64,000 bases of DNA from Hamiltosporidium tvaerminnensis FI-OER-3-3 (lineage: Eukaryota; Fungi; Microsporidia). This document shows positions 36,990 through 48,900 of this stretch, in pieces. The stretch covers positions 1,113,746 to 1,177,745 of the forward strand of contig CM061249.1 in assembly GCA_022605425.2 (NCBI GenBank). The letters are read 5' to 3'. The position numbers and the translations under genes were made by a program. The notes below the pieces were generated by a model. That model worked only from the letters and a program-made list of their open reading frames with translations. It did not search any database and was not told the DNA's origin. Positions within the stretch are counted from its first letter, which is position 1. Each line of letters starts with the position of its first letter.

Positions 36990-37420
36990 AAACAACATAA
37001 AATATATTATTTCCTGGGATACACCCAGTTCTGTGCTTAAAATAGATATTTACACACTAACACATCTCATATCTCTCAATTAGCCACCTCATAATCCATT
37101 TTATGTAAAAATACGAAAAAAAACTTATAGACGAGGCAACTGCCCAATGTTCGTTGGTATGCGCCGCTAGAATTTATAGAAAGTACAAACCAACCTTGTG
37201 ATCCACAAAAATCGGCAGCAATATAGTTCGACACCTTTTGAGCCATATTAACTTTAAGATAATATGCATCACTGGGGGTATTTTTGGTTATAGATGAATA
37301 TTACAATGCCTTAAACATCTATGACTGGTTACTTAGCATTCCCGGATTTTTAGAGGGCATTAACTCCTCTTTCTCTCTGGTGCCAAGTATTTTAACTATA
37401 GGAATCAAGCTACATATCTA
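36990..37420 (-). repeat. Degenerate copy of the structured repeat
   Basis: cccagttctgtgcttaa, gacgaggcaactgcccaatgttcgtt and gttacttagcattcccgg match the element in order. Confidence 0.6.
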
Positions 37421-38531
37421 TGCTTTTTTTATTGCAATTACCTTTAAATTCAGCTGAGATTTCAAATCTAGTGCATTAAAAAAAAACAATTCTTATAAAA
37501 AGCTTTCACGGTTCTATAAACCATTCGTTCACTACACAAATTCCTATGAAACAACTTGAAATTTTGCATGGTTTTCATTTGTTCGAAAATTTAAACAATG
37601 ATCTTTGTTTAAAGTTTCAGATACCCCTTAGCCAGTTTAATAGGTTTTAATTAGTCACATCCTCTCACTTAAACATTTTAAAACCACAAATCAAATTATA
37701 ATTCGGATAGTTGTAGGATTTTCATCCTTCTAATCCTATTAATTCAAAAAATTAATTTCTCAAAATGTGGATAAACTCATATATTTATAATAAATATACA
37801 ATATATGATAAGATAAAAAAATCATAATAACAATGCAGCTTCAAAGGTGGAAATATTGACAAACATGAATCAATGAAAAAAATTTAAAATCATTCAAATA
37901 TATTTTTTCTTAAAATTTTTCTTCTTTGTCGAACAAATGAATATAATTTTATTAAAATTTTAGAAAATATCTAAATATTCAATTCTCTTGTAACGAATTT
38001 AAAATGGTAATTCAGCTATCAATAGAAAGTACACATTCATTTTAAATCTTATCTTTTAAATAAATAATATATAGAAATTAGATTTTAATATGAATGTTAA
38101 TATTAAACAAATTAAGATAAAGAATATATAGATTTTTTTTAGTATTAATTTCTTTTGATTCATAAGACACATAAGTTTACAAAAATATTTTCCTTTTTTA
38201 AATAAATTATTACTTCATAAAAATTTGTTGTATAAAATCTAAATTCAAAACATACACATGTAGATTCTTAATACTAATATTACACATTTACTTGAATAAA
38301 AAAAATTTAATAAGAAAATCCGCATCTTAATAAGACACTTATAGGATGTTTCAATAAATTTCAACATCTTAATATGGTTCTTTGACAATTTAAAGTAAAT
38401 TCCTTCCTCTATTTAAATGAAAATTATCAAATTTTATTACTTTCGTTTAAAGCTTCCAAATAAATTTTTTTATTATTTAAATTGAAAATCAGTAAATAAA
38501 AAAAATTATAATTACCCTCAAATATTTTTAA

Positions 38532-39173
38532 ATGATGATAAAAATGTGGATATTTTACTATTTTACGAGTTTCATAATTCTATATTCAAAAATTATATTA
38601 TCTACAAGTATATTACCTACAGGTATAAGTGTGGTAGAATCGTTAATAATTCCATGTGAAGATGCAAAGCCCAAACCCGAAAATCTTGATGATTTTATAA
38701 ATTTCCAAAGTAATTCTACAGGTTCAAAAATAAAAGTACCAAAGACTGTTCACTCAGTACCATCAACTGATGATAGGTCGAAACCATCGGATTTGGGTCA
38801 AAAAAGCACAATCGATGATAGAAAAACGACGTTTAGCTCGGATTTTAAAATTGGTAATCCACAAAATAATTATTTTAACTTTGATCCAGCCAATTTTTCA
38901 GAAGAAATCTATCCCGAATGCTGGGATCTGATTTTTTCTGCTATATCGGAAATAAATAAAAAGCATAGTTTGTCGACAAAAGACAATGAACCTCATATAA
39001 CCACTAAAATAAAAGCAAAAAATGAATCCAAACAGGCAAAAACAACTGAAACTGTAGTTTCAGGCAGAATTAAAAAAGCTCGGCGTCGTGGATGGACTAA
39101 TAAAGAACAAAAAGGTACTCGAAAAAGGCTATCTGGGGAATGTGAAATCCACAAAAAAAACTACAACTCTTAG
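38532..39173 (+). CDS. Hypothetical secreted protein (213 aa) with a basic C-terminus
   Basis: Hydrophobic N-terminus (MWIFYYFTSFIILYSKIILS), low-complexity S/T/D/K body, RIKKARRR and RKRL near the end. CCC motif ~15 nt upstream. Confidence 0.75.
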   Translation: MMIKMWIFYYFTSFIILYSKIILSTSILPTGISVVESLIIPCEDAKPKPENLDDFINFQSNSTGSKIKVPKTVHSVPSTDDRSKPSDLGQKSTIDDRKTTFSSDFKIGNPQNNYFNFDPANFSEEIYPECWDLIFSAISEINKKHSLSTKDNEPHITTKIKAKNESKQAKTTETVVSGRIKKARRRGWTNKEQKGTRKRLSGECEIHKKNYNS

Positions 39174-39594
39174 AATAGTTATCGCGGTTAAAGCTCCTAC
39201 ATAAACAAAAACTTTATTATTCTCTCTAATAATTAAATTAATTTAAATTTATTTTCTCGTTAAAATACTAAAAAAACGGCTATTTGGTAAAGGAAAAAAA
39301 TACATTTTATACCATATGATATCTAAATATTTTAACTACCAATGAAATAATTAATTGTTTAAATCATTAATTTCTATCTTTTCTTCTAAATTACTCATTT
39401 TTATAAGTATATTTTTGCTTGTACCAAGAAAGGAAGAAAAACATAAGTTTAAATTATGAAAGAATTATATCAACAAAACTGTAGGAATGGCTATTATTAT
39501 TTAAATGAAACAAAAGATTCTCAGTAAAAAAATATAAATAGAATATTTTATGATACTGAATACGCATGAAAATTACTGCCGGCAATATATTAAA

Positions 39595-40320
39595 AGAAAT
39601 AAAGATTTATTTAATAAAATTCTGGGTTAAAATATTTTTACCATTTTTATATGTTTTCCTCTACCTCTTTAACCACTTTTGTCTCTTTTTCCAAATCCGA
39701 CTCTTCATTTATGTTATTGGTCGGTTCCTCTAAAGTGGTTCCTCCTTGTGAAATAAAGGGTGCTTTATTTTTTGGTTTAAAATTTTTTGCACCATCTTCC
39801 TCTCTCTTCTCTTCTTTTAAAGGGGGTGTTGGTTCCTCATGCATCTCTGCTCTCATAATAACACCCATTGACGCTCTCTCCCAGCTCTCTTCGGCATTTA
39901 GTCCTGACTCAAGTCCTCTTTGTCGATCAAAGGAAATTGTTTCGACTGTCTTCTTAAGTACTATAGACTGAAGGTATGCTTCTACATTCATGGGTATTTC
40001 TAGTCTTTTAAGATGAGATTTATGGTATTTTGTCACAATACCGTCCCAGGTCATCACATAAGGGATTATCTCAACACTACACTTATAAATAAGACCCAAC
40101 TCATGTGCTAGCAGGTCATACTTCCTAAGTTTTTCAGTTTCAACTATTTGAAGTGAATCTAGGGAAGTGATTCCTACTTTAATGAGTGTTATCTTATTCT
40201 TTTTCTTATCTAAAATAAATATGTCGGGTCTGTTATTCCGAATGTTGACATCAGTTTTTATTCTGGTGTCCACTCTTATCTCTGCATACTCATTATCAAG
40301 AATTTCTTGAACTGAGTGGA
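39595..40320 (-). mobile_element. 5'-truncated non-LTR retrotransposon (RLE clade), restriction-like endonuclease C-terminus
   Basis: ORF 39647-40273 has NNRPDIFILDKKKNKITLIKVG...EKLRKY...IIPYVMTWDG (PD-(D/E)xK RLE pattern, with K at the expected E). Coding-like sequence stops abruptly at ~40320. Confidence 0.9.
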
Positions 40321-40540
40321 TTAAAAGAAATAATACTATATTTTAAAATATTATTTATAAATAATTCAAAAATTTTTTAATTAAAAACCAAAATATGAAT
40401 AAACTATCACATTAAAAAAATAGCCGAAAAGCATACCTCTATTATATTTTAGCATTCTTTTTTTATTTCTTGTTTATATTTACAAATATATCAATTGATA
40501 ATATCTTTATACAATATTGTATTCTATTGATCAAATTTTC

Positions 40541-41255
40541 ATTTAAAAGTATCACATCTTTTTAAAATAGTGGCAGGTTTCATATTTGTTTTCATGACAT
40601 TAATGCAGTTCTATGTTAAACTTAAATATCTCCTATCCCAACACCCCATCGGTACCGCTATGATACCTACTTCCCAAAGCCTTTCATCTATCAGGTGTGA
40701 AGAACAAAATTAATAGGCGAGGCAGTTGCCTGGTGTTCGTTAATATCCGTTGCATAGAGTGTGATCGAAGGCCGAAGCCCTCCGGGCTCCCCAAGACTAT
40801 GCAGCATTCACGCTTACTCAACACTTACTGAACCCTATAAAATTCTAGCAAAGATGTATTTCAGAGACTTACATGCTATCCACCTAGACAGTGAAATGTC
40901 ATACCAACAGGTATAACCAGTTACTAAGCTTTCCCGGCTTTAAATAGTTTGATTTTTACGTCTCCCATGCGCTAAGTCTTCTAACTCGAGTGAGCAAGGC
41001 TAGGTTTCCATGTTTTTACATGGCAATTACCTAAATGTTCAACTGTGGTCTGCAATCTAGTAACATAAAAAACTACAAATAAATTTGTAGAAAAAATTTT
41101 CGCGATTTCATAGACCTCTTCTCCTCATAACAACCCCCATGGATAACCCAAGATGATGTGCGGTTCTATTCCCACCAAAAATTTAAACAATGATCTTACA
41201 CCAGTTCCACATATTCATTAACAAGCAGAAAGTTTTTTATGTTGTTATCCTCTCT
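40541..41255 (-). repeat. Full-length reference copy (~715 nt) of the structured non-coding dispersed repeat
   Basis: Inferred sense strand runs AGAGAGGATAAC...AAAGATGTGATACTTTTAAAT. It is GC-richer than the flanks, has multiple hairpins including GAGGGC-TTCG-GCCTTC, and has no long ORF and no TIR. Confidence 0.93.
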
Positions 41256-41337
41256 AATTAAGATCATTAAATATAATTTATATTTAGAAAAAAAATATGA
41301 TAATTGAGCAAAGAAATAATGAATGAGAATATTTATT

Positions 41338-43037
41338 TTATTCTTTGTTGTAAATATAAAAATATACTCCGATAAAGCACAACGAAACAGCCAATGTTGG
41401 TAATAATATGAAAATTATAAACTTCCAACGACCGAAATTGTTCGAGCTTTTCGATTCTGATTTAGGGTTAGAGCCCTTTTTTGAAGCAGGTCCAAAAAGG
41501 ATTCTTTGTTGATCAGGAGTAAGTCTTGAAATTTCAGTATCAAAAACATATATGAGATATTTGTACTTGATTTGATTAAAATTTTCACCGATTATATTAA
41601 GCTTTTGTTTGAAATTTTGATTTATTTGAGTAGCCAAGTGCTTTTTATAATCATCATTAAAAAACAATCTGATAAAACAATATATTTCTATTAGGTTTGC
41701 TGTTTTTGGTACTTTAATACAATCCAAACTATCACCTTAGGTGTTTTTATCATATTCGATCTTTCTTTGCTCAAATATTGTTTTCAAAATATCAATACAA
41801 GTTTTTCTTTGATTTTTAATCTTTTCTACATATTCAACCTTTTCAAATTCTTTTTTTAAAACATCTGCAAGAAATAGAAATTCAACAATTTTTTTTATCA
41901 TAGTTTTTTTATCCGTTATTTCTTTCTTCAAGCAAAATGTTTTTAAGCTTAATACAGCAGAAAGATATTTATGCCATTCTTCTTTGACTTCTGCTGTTAA
42001 AAAATCGTATAAAGCTCTAATTTGATTCAAAACAGCTTCCTCACAGAATAATTCAATGAATACCTGGCAAAAGTTTGAATCCTGTTGTTTAATGTGAAAA
42101 GAAATAGTCTTTTTGGAAATTTCATATATTTTGTCAAATGTGCTATTATCTTTTAAAACTCTATATATTATTTGCTCCGAAATATATGCCATTGCTTTTT
42201 TATAATGTGTATCATTTAGTTTTGCATCCAAATCTTCGTATAATGCTCTAACATTCTGTTCTATACATTTCGAATATAATTTTATACTTTTATTGTGATT
42301 TGAATTATGTAGAGATTTTGTATTTTCAAATTTTTGTTGTTGAAAAAATTTTGCTTTTAAAATGGAAAAGAAACCAAACAAAAATTCCATGGTTGGATTA
42401 GATAATAGAGCACCTGTGTTGGCAAAATCTTCTCTATCAAAATCAGAAACCAATCTTTTTGAATATACTAGTACTTTTTCGTCTATTTGATTATTTTGTT
42501 TAAGACTTTCTTCGATCGCTGTACTAATACCGAGATCGCCTTTTTTAAGCATATTATAATCCTTCCCCTTTGTTATACAATAAATTGTATTAGCTACGAA
42601 TTTGCTGAACACTACTTTTACAATCGAACTAATATCATTGTTTGTTTTATACATTTCAACAAATCTTCCAAATGCAATGAGATTAAAAAGAAGTCTCGGT
42701 TTAAATTTTTTTAATTTTCAGAGCAATTATCATTATAATATATAATGTAACAGATTAAAGTTGTATAATATATTAAAAATTCATGAGAACTTTTATCTGT
42801 ATAGTCTTGTATTTCCCTAAAATAGAAGCTTGAAATTTTGACAATTTGATTTTTTTTGTTACTATCTATTTTTGAATTCAGTTCTTCAAGATATTTTTCC
42901 ACTATATTGTTGTTAACTACAAGATTATAAGAAATGCTCATATACATACTTTGTTCGATTAAAGAATCCTCTGGGATATTAGTGAATTTATTCTTTGAAA
43001 GAAATATTGCTACGAAAATGAAAATGTAAATAAACAT
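41338..43037 (-). pseudogene. Single ~565-aa type I membrane/surface protein gene split into three ORFs
   Basis: Adding one A to the A4 run at 42715-42718 joins 42711-43037 to 41737-42654 (SEKLKKFKPRLLFNLIAFGRFVEMYK). 41338-41727 is in frame after one TAA at 41737-41739. N-terminal signal MFIYIFIFVAIFLS; C-terminal TM FIIFILLPTLAVSLCFIGVYFYIY. Confidence 0.8.
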
Positions 43038-44657
43038 GGAATAAAAATTTTTCTTTGCTATGTTTTTAATTATTTACCGAAAATAGCTAATTATCATTTT
43101 CAATATAATTTGCTAATCTTAGAATTTGATTTTTTTAAATAATTATAATATTTTTAATTGGTTATTAGAAAAGACCCGCGATATTAAAACACTCTCCTTT
43201 TTCTATACTGCCTCCGTTGTTTCGCTTTACAATCAACAGATTTTAAAGCACCGCAAAAATTATTTACGAGCTTACTATAATGAGGGCTATTTAAAAAATG
43301 CTTTATGTATTTTTTTTATAGAAAAGTAAGTGTTAAAACATTCGGCAAGCAAAGAAAAATTTCTCAAATAATGCAAAATCTAAAAAAAATATTAAAATTC
43401 ATAAAAATAATATTTAAAAATAATAAATTAAAATTTAATTTCTACATTCTTTGCTATTTAATTCTCCATTTTAAAGTATATTTTTAAAATCAACTACACT
43501 ATTATTATATGATATATATTACAATAAATGTAACATTCTCAAAGAAAGTATCGTAAAACCGGAGCTTCCTTTTAATTATACCTACATTCCAATATTATAA
43601 AAAAATTTATATGATTTGAATTGGTTTTTACGATTATTTTTCACAATAAGCTAAAGAAAACTGTGAATATATTTATTATTATTAGCATACAATAAAGAAT
43701 CTTTTTCTTGATACTTGTCGTAAACAGTTGGTGTTGTTCCAACGGTTTCTAAAATATCTTTTATATTGTATCAAATTTAGAATCTCATGTTGCATTAATT
43801 TCATTATATATAGTAAAATTAGATTATAATTTTCATAAATGTGTTTATATTCAATTCTGCCAAAACAGATGAACTGAAACTGTTTTAACGGAAAAGCATA
43901 CAAAGATGATGCGTTTAAAGACATAGATCTGATATATTAAAATATATACTAAAATTCTAACTCGATCAATTTATTTTTGGTTAAATTACTGAATATTGAC
44001 TTTTAAAAAAGGGATGTAAGAGATGGATATACTTTTTAAATGAACCCATTTTCTAAAACCAATTGTCTCAGTAAATCATCAGACTATTATGAAGTATTTT
44101 TAATATGGCAGTTTTAAAATATATTGGCTTATCAGGCTGTATTACCAAAGAATACTCCGGTACATAAAACAAAAAATAGCGAGCAACTGTATTTTTTTCT
44201 ATCTTTAACTTCACTTGAAGGTAAGCTTGTAGAACAAACCCAATTATATATCATTAAATAATTAACACATTTTGCTTTATTTAAGAGTATAATATAGAAA
44301 GTTGATTTTCTATTGTTAAAATTCTTCATTATTAAAACGACTTTCATAACTATAAATAGGTGATGAATTCCAAATGAATTAGTATTAACGTACAAATACA
44401 ATATAAACTAAATCAGTAAGCAATGAATTTATGAAGATAATGACAGTATGTTCCAATTCGGCCTAAAAATAAAAGAGAACAAAATAAAGAGGTAAAATAT
44501 ATTATTTACCTTTGTCATTCTTTTCTTACGAATAAAATTTTAATGATTTAATAAAAAAATAAATTTTGTTATATTTCAAAAGAGAAAATTTTTATGATTC
44601 ATATAATGAATTTCTTTACTGGTAAGACACCCTTTAATCCCATATCTTTTTAAGAGT

Positions 44658-47600
44658 CTAGCCCCGAGTTATACTCAATGTTTTTCAAATATTTTATAAC
44701 TTTTTGGTGAAATATCATGCTTGCTGAGCGGTATCTTTGACAAAAACTTTGGCGTAATTCAAGCTTCTCACTCTAGAAAAGGCAACATAAAGTTTCTCGT
44801 AGTTATAAACAGGGGTTGGCTAAAAACCACCAAAAAAATCTAATGTTTGACTCTGGGCTTTGTTAAATGCCACGATAAATACCAGTTTTACCGGAAATTA
44901 ATTTCATTTAAGTTGAAATGGAAGACCTGCATTTGATGTCAAATCAATATTGAAGAAATATATAATTTTCTTTGGCATAAATAGTTATTTACTGGCTAGG
45001 ATAAGATTTGGCTTCATTTCATCTGAAATTTATCTGGTTCCGTACCAGAATCCTCTTTCTGTAAATAAATTTTTCAGAAGCATAAAAAATGCGCCTTTTT
45101 TGAAATTAAGCGCACAGTAAGGTGTTCGGCAGAGTATTAGGCTGTTTAAGATTCTACCGGATAATCGTTCAAATCATTCATGTTATTACCGATAAGACTA
45201 TCTGTACCTATATTTGTTTTTTTTTGCCTCGAAGAATATCAAATATATTTTGATTGATTTTATTAGCCTCTTCATTTGTATGCGAAAAAATTATTTTTTT
45301 GATGAGTTATAAACGTCTTTTTCCCATAAAAATTCGCCAAAAATATCTTTTATAATATCTTGAGAAATCCTATAATGTAAAATTCTAATAAGCTTTCCTC
45401 CAAACTATCAGTATTTAAAAGTTTTTCGAAGCCAAGTTATATAATCTATAAACTTATAGCTTGTCTTTCGCACGCATATCGTTACAAAGCTTTAATATTC
45501 CAAAACTTTTCAAGAATGAGCTAAAAATGAAGTGATTAAACAACATCTGATGCCCCAGCCTCTCGTATTAACGACAAACACTGTCTATAGTCTCCCTATA
45601 ATAGTACTTTTTTCCACTAAAACTTAATCAGAATTTACATGGTATTTCCCGTAATAAGCTAGTTATACTTGCAGAGCGAAAACTGGAGTTACAGTGGCTT
45701 TTTTCCATATAATTGAAGAACAATATACATTCCTTGCCCCTCGCTTAAATTTTGTTAAACCTACAAATATAGGTTTCATTAAAAATCAACGAAACATTCA
45801 ATCTGAATGATGTTTCTCTTCCTTTGTGTAATAAGTTCGCAGCTATTTCTGCAGGAGCAACTGAAATAACAGTTTTCTCAAGTCGTTTTATCACATAATT
45901 CAACGTTATATAAAGTTAAGTTTTTCCACCGTGTCCGCGTCTGTCTAAAAAGAAACAATATTGTTCTTCAGAGCTGTTTTTAATGCTTTAATAATTTGAT
46001 CGAATGAAATTTTTTGGTTTTATATAATGTTTCTTCAAACTTAATGTTATTTTGATTCTCGAGTATATCACGTTGTGAAGAGAGATTTTTTGTGGGGGGT
46101 TTGTAATCACAAATCACTACAACTTATCCATATGTATTCAAAATTTCAATTTTATCCTGCAATGCATAAATGACAAAAATCTTCAATGGTATGTTCGTGA
46201 AAGTGGCAGTAATCTTCGATTAGATTGTTCCTTCTTTTGTTTTTAGTTTTGATATATCTGTAACATCATTAAAAAAACATATATGAAAAGAAATCTTATA
46301 TTTTTTCGCTATTTAAGTTGCCACTGCATTGTTCAAAGTCGTTTCAAACGTGTTCATCCATTATAAATCGCTTTTCTCAAGAAATCAAAATAATTTATAT
46401 AGATTTTTCTGGCTAAAGACCTCAAACATTGAAATATAGTAGCCCCGGATATTTGCAATCATAAAAGTCATAAGTATTACGATTCAGAAATCAATCTACA
46501 ATACGCAAAATCTTTTCGATTATTTCCAAAGTTTCTAATCCGAGGTATCCATGTATGGTTTCAATAGTTAATTTAACCCAGGCTGTAACGTGTTATCTCT
46601 ATTTGTATAGATAGCTTATTACATTTTTCTGTTCGTTATATTTTAATAACATAAATTTAACTACTTCAATATGAACCGCATTTTTTGACTGTATGGCTTT
46701 GTTCTTGGGTATAAAATTTTGTTTTTCACAGATTGCTCCGTAATAGCGTGAATAGCTTAAATCCAATGCGTTTGGATTTCATTGAATTTAAAACATAATT
46801 TGCGAGGTCGGATCTTTTGTAAGCATGGACAAATAAGGTTTTACACTTTAAAATGACGCTTATAAGTCAGGATTTATGTGGCACTTATATTTTTAAGATA
46901 GAGATGGATTATAAAGAACCACTTACCTATTATTAATATAATTTCTACTTACTAGATTGGATCGCCTTCACGTATAGGATATAGGCGATATCTATCTAAC
47001 TTTAGAACAGTAGAATCTCAAAAATGTTTCGAAAAGTTTTGGGTAATTTATTTTCAGCCATGCAATATGAATATGACGAAGGCCTAAGGAAACAGGAATC
47101 ATAATTTGAGTCATTATATCAAATATTTTTTAGTTAGTTTTATCAGGAATTTCAGCAGAGATAATCTTATATATTCCCGTAGTATCGCAGTGGTTTATTA
47201 TCTTCTTCTAATGTAATTTATATCTAAAGATGAGATAACTCTTTGTTGTAAATTAACCGCTATAGCGATATGCCCTTATCCTTCTAAAAATTTCATTTGA
47301 AAATATTTCAGTTCTTAGAGGCCCATGATCTTAGATGAATCATCTAGCTTCTTAATCAGGCCGGTTTTCGCTTTTTAAATTTTTATCGCGGTTTATATTT
47401 TTCTGCATACTTCGATTGCCGGTCAATGTAAATCAAGATCCGATTTTTTTATTCTTTTTAATATCGCCATACCACCTTGATACTTTTTGTACATGCTTCG
47501 AAGACTGTCTGAAAATGCCCAAGGCAATATTGTTCGCTTTCCCGCAGGATCGCTGATTGTAATCAGTTTTACCAATATGTACCAAATCACTGTATTTCTC

Positions 47601-48900
47601 ATCTTGTAAATCTTTCTGATGAGTTCTAGCATAGATCAAATCATTGGCTTCGGCTTTGCAATATGCATCAACAAGATTCCGTTGAATCAATCCTGCTGCT
47701 CTTAGAAGCGGTAGATTTCTCTTTTATTTCAAATAATAGGAACAAAATTGCTTTAGCATAACATTTTTAAGGGCGTTAACGCTTGTTCCTCTTGCATTAT
47801 AAAGTTGTATCTTAAAGCCCCAAGTTTGTTCTCTATATAGAAACAAGGGGGGTAGCATAAAGTATCAAAGTTTTTATGCCTGTAGTCTATACATACGTAT
47901 GTTTTTTAGGTTAGTGTATCTTCGGGTCATAGATGCCTCAGTAGGGCTCTAACAATCGAATATTTACTCTAACCACTTAGGAAAACTGTGGCTGCTTCAT
48001 AAAAACGTTGATTAGCATACTTTTTCAGATTAACTGAAATATTTTGAACTTTTTCCCCTTTAATTTTAGTCTTTGAGTTCGGCTTTAAATATTTTTGCTC
48101 CTTTTCGACTTCATACATGACTTTAAATACAAATGCACACGGATTTAACTTCATAACATCATATAATTTTGATATTATCTTTAAGAAACATGTTTTTTTT
48201 CTAGTTCGTTGATTCTTTCGTTGTTTGCAGAATCGTGCTTAAAAACATATAATTGAGTATTTGTTCGGATATTTTCTCTTTATGGATGCAATTACCTAAA
48301 GATAGTACATTTGTTTATGAATACGGTAACAGAATGGACCTAAGCGGGTTGGAATTTTAATATTTACCCCGATTGAGACAAAGACAAAAGCACACTATAA
48401 GCTCATATATTATTTATGAATTTAATTAAATCAGTATCTTCACACGTCATTTTCCTTTTGAGGGATTTATGTATTATATTTCTGGTAATTTGATCGATCG
48501 TTTATTGCAATATATTAAATATCTCGATGCAGAACATTCAAGATTTGCAAATTTAGCTTCGCAGCACTGACAGATTATATTCAGACTATCGAAATTTTCT
48601 TTTTATTTTTTTTTCGAACTCTGTTAATTATTTTAACACAATACATTCCAGTGGCTTTTTTTTACGTTAGTGCATTAAAATTATATCGTATACTTTATTT
48701 CTTTGGATCTCTTCGCTAGATTGCACAGCTAAACCATTTTCCATTAGATTCCTTAGGCTAATTTATTAGCATGCATCTCCTCTTATCCTTTATTTTCTCT
48801 GAGAGTTTTTAGTGGTGGTAACTCAGCCTTTTTTTCTTCCTCGGATTAATGTTTCTCCGGGGATTTTTGTCCCATCGATCTGAATTTTTTCTCTTCGTAT
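44658..48900 (-). mobile_element. Decayed Helitron (Rep + PIF1 helicase)
   Basis: Minus-strand remnants in the canonical order: GPFCYRIH (~48330), LVDAYCKAEANDLIYARTHQKDL and GKRTILPWAFSDSLRSMYKKYQGGMAI (47420-47690), Walker A remnant HGGKT (~45925), VISVAPAEIAANLL (~45850), AFNKAQSQTL and LYVAFSRV (44770-44870). Boundaries are approximate. Confidence 0.9.

Noticed and set aside
40670-40700. Hammerhead-like CUGAUAGAUGAAA in the structured repeat
   Set aside because: It does not fit CUGANGA-stem II-GAAA, no stem III or cleavage triplet can be built, and it is not conserved in the 53704 copy.
40740-40765. Resemblance of ACTCTATGCAACGGATAT to the 5' end of 5.8S rRNA
   Set aside because: The match is short; the following GCATCGATGAAGAAC motif and flanking rDNA are absent.
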